Source: Candidatus Krumholzibacteriia bacterium
GTDB lineage: Bacteria > Krumholzibacteriota > Krumholzibacteriia > JAJRXK01
DNA length: 64,000 nucleotides
Reading direction: 5' to 3'
Assembly: GCA_035268685.1 (NCBI GenBank)
Contig: DATFKK010000036.1
Location: 5,510 to 69,509, forward strand
Under the pieces are notes generated by a model that made no database searches, was not told where the DNA came from, and saw only the letters and a program-made list of their open reading frames with translations. Numbering within the stretch: the stretch's first letter is position 1; every line of letters begins with the position of its first letter. Below, in pieces: positions 58,207-64,000 of this stretch. Position numbers and translations under genes: made by a program.

Positions 58207-60258
58207 ATGCCCAACACGCGCGCACGGGGGCTGCTCCTCGGTCTGTTCGCACTGGCGTGCGGAGGAACGACGATCCCGGCGGCGAGAGCCGCCGACGCCG
58301 ATTCCACGACCGGAGCATCCCCGACCACCGTCGACGCCGACTCGACGGGCGATCTCGTGGCACCCGTGCTCGAGGTGCGTGGACGTCGGATCACGGCCCA
58401 GGGTCGCGTGGATCGCGACACCGGCTTCGCCAGCGTGCTCGAAGCCTCGAGCTGGCGCGGCGAGTCCTACGACACCGCCGAGGTCCTCTCGCGCGCGGTC
58501 GGTGTGCACGTGCGCGACAGCGGAGGCGTGGGCGGACACGCGACCGTCAGCCTGCGCGGATCGACACCGGCGCAGGTCCCGATCTACCTCGACGGAGTGC
58601 TCCTGAACGGACCCGACAGCGGAGCCGTGGACCTGGCCGACCTCCACCTGGCCCACCTCGAACGGATCGAGGTCTACCGTGGAAGCGCTCCCCTCGTGCT
58701 CGGCGGTGGCTCGCTCGGAGGCGCCATCCACCTGTACAGCCTCGACGGACGCGAGAGCTGGAACGGTTCGCTCACGCGTGGTTCCTTCGACACGTGGAAC
58801 GCGGAGGGGGGTGGTGCGTGGCGACTGGCAGACTGGTCGGTCGCGGCACGCGGTCGATTCGTGCGCAGCGAGAACGACTGGGACTACCTCGACGACCGCC
58901 GCACGCCCTACAACCCCGACGACGATCGCGTCGTCGGCCGCGTCAACAACGATGCCACCGGCTTCGGCGGACAACTGCAGCTCAGCCGTCCCGCCTTCGG
59001 AGGCACGCTACGGCTGAGCGAGATCCTCGACACGCGCGAACAGGGCCTGCCCGGACGTGGGGTACTCCAGTCGGAGACCGCACGGAGCCGGTCGCTGACG
59101 CACCACGCGCAGATCGCCTGGCGCAGTGAACGGCGTGCCCGCGGCGTCCTCCGGGAGGTCTCCCTCCACCAGCGGACCGAACGACAGGCCGTCCGCGACC
59201 TCGGCGGCGACCTGTCGGGGACCCCGCGCGACCGCGTCGACGTGCTGCACGCCGTGGGCCTGAACGCGAGCGGCGCCGCGAGACCCTTCGGGCCGACCGT
59301 CTGGAACGTCCAGAGCCGGGTCGCGCGGCTCCGCAGCGTCGACGAAGCCCTCCTCGACGGCGAGGGCGAACCCCAGTGGCGCTGGACCACCACCGCTGCC
59401 CTCGAACCGAAGTGGCGCGTCCTCGGCGACCGCCTCTTGCTGTCGCCCGGAGTCCGCGTGGAGCACCACGAGCAGTGGTGGAACGAGAGTTCGTCGCTCG
59501 AGTCCCTGCCGCGTGGCGACGAACAGAGGACGGGACTGTTCGCCTACACCGCCCAGTTCGGGACGCGCTACGCGATCAGCGACGAGGTGTCGCTGAAGGC
59601 GAACCTGGGAGTCTACCGTCGTGTCCCCACGCTGCTCGAGCTCTTCGGCGACCGGGGAACGACCACCGCGAACCCCGACCTGCGTCCCGAAGAGGGTGTG
59701 AACCGCGACGTGGGCCTGGTCTGGTCACGCCCACTCGAGGGGCGGCGCTTCGCCCTGAGTGCCTTCGCCAACGACGCCTTCGACCTGATCACCTTCGTGA
59801 AGACCTCGCCGGTCACCGCCCGGGCCCGGAACCTGGGTCGCGCCGAGATCCGCGGCCTCGAATTCGAGGCCGACTTCGGTCGATTCGGGCCCTTCGGATT
59901 CCGTGCGGCCATCACCCGCCTCTGGAGTGAGGACCGGACCGACGACACCGTCGCCGGCGGGAAGCAGTTGCCCTTCCGGCCCGGGATCGAGGTGGAGTTG
60001 CAACAGAGCCTGCACGTGGGACACCTGCGTGCCGACTTCGACCTGTTCGCGATGGGCGAGAACTACCAGCAGACCGGCGAGCGCCTGGCCGTCCCCGCAC
60101 GTGTGATCGGCTCGATCGGACTCCGCTGGAGACTGAGCTCCGACTGGGCCCTGCACGGGCGGGTCGACAACGTCTCCGACGCCGAGGTCCACGACTTCCT
60201 GGGTGATCCCCTGCCCGGACGTCAGGTCTCGCTGAGCCTGCAGGCGGGTGGACGATGA
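58207..60258 (+). CDS. TonB-dependent outer-membrane receptor, probably a BtuB-like vitamin B12 transporter.
   Basis: Signal peptide, TonB box-like DLVAPVLEV, plug domain then a 22-strand barrel, and a C-terminal TonB-receptor signature. The upstream B12 riboswitch supports the cobalamin assignment. Confidence 0.8.
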   Translation: MPNTRARGLLLGLFALACGGTTIPAARAADADSTTGASPTTVDADSTGDLVAPVLEVRGRRITAQGRVDRDTGFASVLEASSWRGESYDTAEVLSRAVGVHVRDSGGVGGHATVSLRGSTPAQVPIYLDGVLLNGPDSGAVDLADLHLAHLERIEVYRGSAPLVLGGGSLGGAIHLYSLDGRESWNGSLTRGSFDTWNAEGGGAWRLADWSVAARGRFVRSENDWDYLDDRRTPYNPDDDRVVGRVNNDATGFGGQLQLSRPAFGGTLRLSEILDTREQGLPGRGVLQSETARSRSLTHHAQIAWRSERRARGVLREVSLHQRTERQAVRDLGGDLSGTPRDRVDVLHAVGLNASGAARPFGPTVWNVQSRVARLRSVDEALLDGEGEPQWRWTTTAALEPKWRVLGDRLLLSPGVRVEHHEQWWNESSSLESLPRGDEQRTGLFAYTAQFGTRYAISDEVSLKANLGVYRRVPTLLELFGDRGTTTANPDLRPEEGVNRDVGLVWSRPLEGRRFALSAFANDAFDLITFVKTSPVTARARNLGRAEIRGLEFEADFGRFGPFGFRAAITRLWSEDRTDDTVAGGKQLPFRPGIEVELQQSLHVGHLRADFDLFAMGENYQQTGERLAVPARVIGSIGLRWRLSSDWALHGRVDNVSDAEVHDFLGDPLPGRQVSLSLQAGGR

Positions 60259-61625
60259 AGATCCTGTTGATCGCGTTCGCCCTCCTCCTGAGCTCCCGGG
60301 CAGGGGCGACCGAAGAACTCTTCGTGGTCACCACCACCTTCGAGGTCGTGGGAAGCACCGGACGGATCGGAATCGACGGCGGCTATCCGACGGTGGCCGA
60401 CGAGTTCCAGGTCCACAGCGATGCCGTCGTCCGCCAGCAGAACGGCTTCGTGTTCGTGATCAACCGCCTGTTCGCCGACAACGTGCTCGTGCTCGACGCC
60501 GCCGACGACTACGGCGTGGTCACGCAGTTCGGCGTGAGCGGAACGGGCCTCAACCCGCGCGACCTCGAACTGGTCGGCGACGATCGTGCCTACGTCACGC
60601 TGTACGAGAGCAACGAACTCCTGATCTGCAACCCCTTCACCGGAACGACGCTCGGGACGATCGACCTGTCCGCCTTCGCCGTGGCCGACGGTCTGGTCGA
60701 AATGGATCAGATCGCCCGCGTCGGCGATCGCGTGTTCGTCACCCTGCAGAACGTGGATCGGCGCGTGACGCCGTGGGCGGTGACCGGCGCGTCGACGATC
60801 GCGGTGATCGACACGAACACCGACACCCTGGTCGACGCCGATCCGGGGGCCCCCGGCGTACAGGGCATCGAACTACAGATCCAGAATCCCTACTGGCGCT
60901 TCGAGTACGATCCGGGCCGACAGCGCCTGTTCATGATCGGCGCGGGCTCGTTCCAACAGAGCGACGGCGGACTCGAACGGATCCATCCCTTCACCCTGCG
61001 CTCGGAAGGACCGGTGCTGACCGAGGCCGGCCTCGACGGCGACCTGCTGGACGTCGCGCTGGTGGACGACGCCACGGGATGGGCCCTGATCAACGACCCG
61101 ACCTTCAACACCTGTCTGGTGCGCTTCGATCCCACGACCGGCGAGCGCACCGACACCGTGCTGTGCACGAGCGGCTTCCTCCTGAGCGATCTGGAGCTGT
61201 CGCGCGACGGTCGGATCTTCGTGGGCGACCGCACGCCGTCGAATCCGGGAATCCGGGTGTACGACGCCTCCACGGCCCAATTGTTGAGCGGTCCGTTGGA
61301 CGTCGGGCTGCCACCCTTCGACGCCACGCTGATCGAAGGGGTCCCGACCGGCGCACCCGTTCCCACGCGCCCTGCCCGGCTCGCGGCCCACCCGAATCCC
61401 TTCAATCCGCGGGTGACGATCGGACTCGACGGCGCCGAGCACGACGGGGTGGTCGAGATCGTCGACGCGCGGGGGCGAAGAGTTCGGACACTGGCGCTGG
61501 AAGCCGGGACCGCGATCTGGAACGGCATGGATTCCGAGGGACGGCCCGCGGCCAGTGGGATCTACCGGGCCCGCCTGCGCGGACGGGACGACGTGACGGC
61601 CGTCCCGCTCACACTGGTGCGTTGA
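60255..61625 (+). CDS. Secreted YVTN-type beta-propeller protein with a C-terminal FlgD-Ig-like sorting-type domain.
   Basis: Its start overlaps the receptor gene's stop (ATGA). Signal peptide MKILLIAFALLLSSRAGA. YVTN-like repeats (RAYVTLYESNELLICNPFTG, RVFVTLQNVDRRV). C-terminus HPNPFNPRVTIGL...GRPAASGIYRARLRGRDDVTAVPLTLVR. Confidence 0.7.
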   Translation: MKILLIAFALLLSSRAGATEELFVVTTTFEVVGSTGRIGIDGGYPTVADEFQVHSDAVVRQQNGFVFVINRLFADNVLVLDAADDYGVVTQFGVSGTGLNPRDLELVGDDRAYVTLYESNELLICNPFTGTTLGTIDLSAFAVADGLVEMDQIARVGDRVFVTLQNVDRRVTPWAVTGASTIAVIDTNTDTLVDADPGAPGVQGIELQIQNPYWRFEYDPGRQRLFMIGAGSFQQSDGGLERIHPFTLRSEGPVLTEAGLDGDLLDVALVDDATGWALINDPTFNTCLVRFDPTTGERTDTVLCTSGFLLSDLELSRDGRIFVGDRTPSNPGIRVYDASTAQLLSGPLDVGLPPFDATLIEGVPTGAPVPTRPARLAAHPNPFNPRVTIGLDGAEHDGVVEIVDARGRRVRTLALEAGTAIWNGMDSEGRPAASGIYRARLRGRDDVTAVPLTLVR

Positions 61626-61632
61626 GCTCCCG

Positions 61633-62793
61633 CTAGGGCAGCATGATCGAGCGGCCCTCGACCTTCTCCATGCGCACGCGGTACTCGGCACCGTCGTAGT
61701 AATCACCGATGTTGCAGGGCCGTGCCCCACCCCGCACCACCTCGAGCGGCACGGCACGGTACTGACCGTCGACGAGCGCGGTCATGTGACCACTGCGGTC
61801 GTTCTTCAGGAGATCGTAGGCGAGCGTGGCGTAGGCCCGGCCGACCATGCGGTCGAGCGAGTCGGGTGAGCCCGACCGCATGAGGTAGGCCAGCTTCTGC
61901 TGCAGGGTCTCGCGCCCGGTGTGGGCCCTCACCTGCTTGGCGAACCACTCGCCGATACCACCCAGTTTCTTGTGACCATAGGCGTCCTCCTCGCCCCCTT
62001 CGAAGGGAGCACCGGCCTTCGGGTAGGCGCCCTCGCTGATCACGCACACGGCGTAGTCGCTCGGACTGGCGTCCTGGTCCGCTGCGAGCAGGTCGGCGGC
62101 CTTCTCGGGCTCGAAGGGAACCTCGCTCAACAACACGCGGTCGGCGGCCGAGAGCATTCCGACGTACAGCGCGGTGGCCCCGCTGTTGCGACCGAAGAGC
62201 TCGATGATCGCGATACGCTCGTGACTCCCGGCCGGTGTGCGGACCTGGTGGATCAGATCGACCGATCGTGTGATCGCCGTCGAGAAACCCAGGCAGTACT
62301 CGGTGCCCCGAACGTCGTTGTCCATGGTCTTGGGCACGCCGACGATCGGGAAGCCCGCCGCGTGCAGCTTGGCGGCGTAGCCGAGTGTGTCATCCCCGCC
62401 CGTCACCACCAGGGCGTCCACGCCGAGCTTCTCGAGATTGCGCATCACGACGGGTGTGAGGTCGCGCCGCCCCTTGTCGTTCTGGGGGTAGTCCGTGGCG
62501 TCGAAGCCGGCCGGGAGGTCCTTCTCGCGCATGTCGCCCGGGTTGGTCCTCGCGCTGTGGAGAATGGTCCCGCCCGAGCGGTCGATCGGACGCACGTCGC
62601 GTGAGTTCAGGGAAGCGGTGTACCGCTGGACCGAGACGGGGTCGTCGGGGTCGACGTGGACGATTCCCTTCCAGCCGTTGCGGATTCCCAGGACCTCCTG
62701 TCCGTTCGCGAAGGCGTGGTCGGCGACGGTCTTGATGACGACGTTCAGGCCCGGGACGTCGCCGCCTCCGGTCAGGATCCCGATCCGCTTCAT
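61633..62793 (-). CDS. pfk: 6-phosphofructokinase, probably pyrophosphate-dependent (PfkA family).
   Basis: MKRIGILTGGGDVPGLN. TGGDDTLG (Asp where ATP-PFKs have Gly) and PKTMDNDV (Lys at the equivalent of E. coli residue 124). Both are PPi-PFK signatures. Confidence 0.85.
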   Translation of the reverse strand: MKRIGILTGGGDVPGLNVVIKTVADHAFANGQEVLGIRNGWKGIVHVDPDDPVSVQRYTASLNSRDVRPIDRSGGTILHSARTNPGDMREKDLPAGFDATDYPQNDKGRRDLTPVVMRNLEKLGVDALVVTGGDDTLGYAAKLHAAGFPIVGVPKTMDNDVRGTEYCLGFSTAITRSVDLIHQVRTPAGSHERIAIIELFGRNSGATALYVGMLSAADRVLLSEVPFEPEKAADLLAADQDASPSDYAVCVISEGAYPKAGAPFEGGEEDAYGHKKLGGIGEWFAKQVRAHTGRETLQQKLAYLMRSGSPDSLDRMVGRAYATLAYDLLKNDRSGHMTALVDGQYRAVPLEVVRGGARPCNIGDYYDGAEYRVRMEKVEGRSIMLP

Positions 62794-63043
62794 GGCGTCC
62801 TCCCATTCGCGGCGGACCGGGTCCGCCGCCGTCAGGCTGGGTCTGCGAGGGTTTCCGGCCGCGCCCGGGCGCGCCGGCGAGGGGGGCCGCGAGAGCCTAC
62901 GGGAGGCTCGGCGCGGCGCCCACCGGGTCCCCTGTCGATCTCACAAGTTCGCTGCGACCGCAAGCCCCGGCGTGACGTTCCCGCGCCGACGCATTACCCT
63001 GAGTCGTCCGCCCGCCGCGTTCCCCTTCCCGCCCCTCGATTCC

Positions 63044-64000
63044 ATGGAACTGCTCGCACACACCGACGAAGTGACCGGATTCTGCCGCCAGGCCCGCGCC
63101 GAGGGCCTTGTGGGCCTCGACATGGAGTTCGAGCGGGAACGGACCTACCGGCCCGTGCTCCAGCTCGTCCAGGCGGCCACCCGCGAGCGGGCCGTCCTGA
63201 TCGATCCACTCGCCATCGACGACCTCTCACCCCTCTGGGAGTTGATCGCCGATCCGGCCGTCGAGCTGATCGTCCACGCCGGCATGCAGGACATGGAGAT
63301 CGCCTTCGCCGAGAGCGGTGGCCTGGTGCCGGCGAACGTGTTCGACACCCAGATCGCCGCCGCACTGCTGGGCATGGGCGAGCAACCGGGCTACGCCGAC
63401 GTCGTACGCCGGATCACGGGCGTCCACCTCAAGAAGGGCGAGCGCACGACCGACTGGTCGCGACGACCGCTGAGCAAGGCCCAGGCGCAGTACGCGCTGG
63501 ACGACGTCCTGTACCTGCACCAGCTCTACGACGAGATCGACTCCGAACTCGAGAACCGCGGACGACGGCCCTGGCTCGACGAGGAGCTCGGATTCTACGA
63601 GCAGCGGGAGAACTACGAGAGGGATCCCGGCCAGCTCTGGCTCCGCGTCTCGCGCCATCGGTCCCTCAAGGGCAAGCAGCTCGCCGTACTACGCGAGTTG
63701 GCGATCTGGCGCGAGGAAGCGGCCGCGGCCCGCAACGTACCCCGGATGCGCGTGGTCGCCGACGACGTCCTCGTCGACCTCGCCCGCCGCAATCCGCAGA
63801 CCGTGGAAGACCTCCAGCAACTGCGCCGTCTGCACCACCGCGAGATCGAGCGCGGCGCCGACGAGATCCTGGCCGCCGTCGCCCGGGGCCTGGCCTGTCC
63901 TCCCGACGAGCATCCGAAGTTGCCCAAGGTCCACGACGACGACCCCGAGCTCAACGTGACCGTCGACCTGTTGGCGACCTTCGTGAAGTACCGCGCCCGC
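63044..64000 (+). CDS. rnd: Ribonuclease D (DEDDy 3'-5' exonuclease + HRDC), truncated by the window end.
   Basis: ATG 63044. The ORF is open to the end of the window (319 codons). GLDMEFER, LVQAATRERAVLIDPL, HAGMQDMEI, YALDDVLYLHQLY exonuclease motifs. Confidence 0.85.
   Translation, partial: MELLAHTDEVTGFCRQARAEGLVGLDMEFERERTYRPVLQLVQAATRERAVLIDPLAIDDLSPLWELIADPAVELIVHAGMQDMEIAFAESGGLVPANVFDTQIAAALLGMGEQPGYADVVRRITGVHLKKGERTTDWSRRPLSKAQAQYALDDVLYLHQLYDEIDSELENRGRRPWLDEELGFYEQRENYERDPGQLWLRVSRHRSLKGKQLAVLRELAIWREEAAAARNVPRMRVVADDVLVDLARRNPQTVEDLQQLRRLHHREIERGADEILAAVARGLACPPDEHPKLPKVHDDDPELNVTVDLLATFVKYRAR

Overview
This window is a very high-GC (about 70%) bacterial chromosomal segment with about 55 protein-coding genes, one likely cobalamin riboswitch, and no rRNA, tRNA, CRISPR array or recognisable mobile element. 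Several adjacent genes overlap by 4 nt (ATGA/GTGA), and two secreted proteins end in a FlgD-Ig-like C-terminal domain. Together these suggest, by inference only, a Gemmatimonadota-like or related lineage. From the low-coordinate end the genes are: a truncated M6 (immune inhibitor A-like) metalloprotease that the ORF track misses because it runs off the edge, a sigma-54 NtrC-type two-component pair, lipA, a TauE-type exporter, an alkaline phosphatase, an NhaP antiporter, two tandem alkaline-phosphatase-superfamily hydrolases with Thr in place of the sulfatase Cys, pepT, a GT2 glycosyltransferase, a cupredoxin-membrane fusion paired with a cytochrome P460/c'-beta-like protein, an 810-aa lipoprotein, a CDC48-like AAA ATPase, an FKBP, and an OMF-MFP-RND efflux operon preceded by a tetraheme cytochrome c3. 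Next come a PrpD-like / fused LeuCD / LeuB-like trio and then the most interesting locus: a periplasmic Ni-superoxide dismutase, a pentaheme cytochrome c and a Cyc2-like fused monoheme cytochrome-porin, which together make a candidate outer-membrane electron-transfer (iron-oxidation-type) module. The high-coordinate end holds an LDH, a GT-C glycosyltransferase, a B12 riboswitch - BtuB-like TonB receptor - YVTN beta-propeller operon, a probably PPi-dependent phosphofructokinase, and a truncated RNase D. All functional calls are from motif-level reading of the translations; no searches were run.
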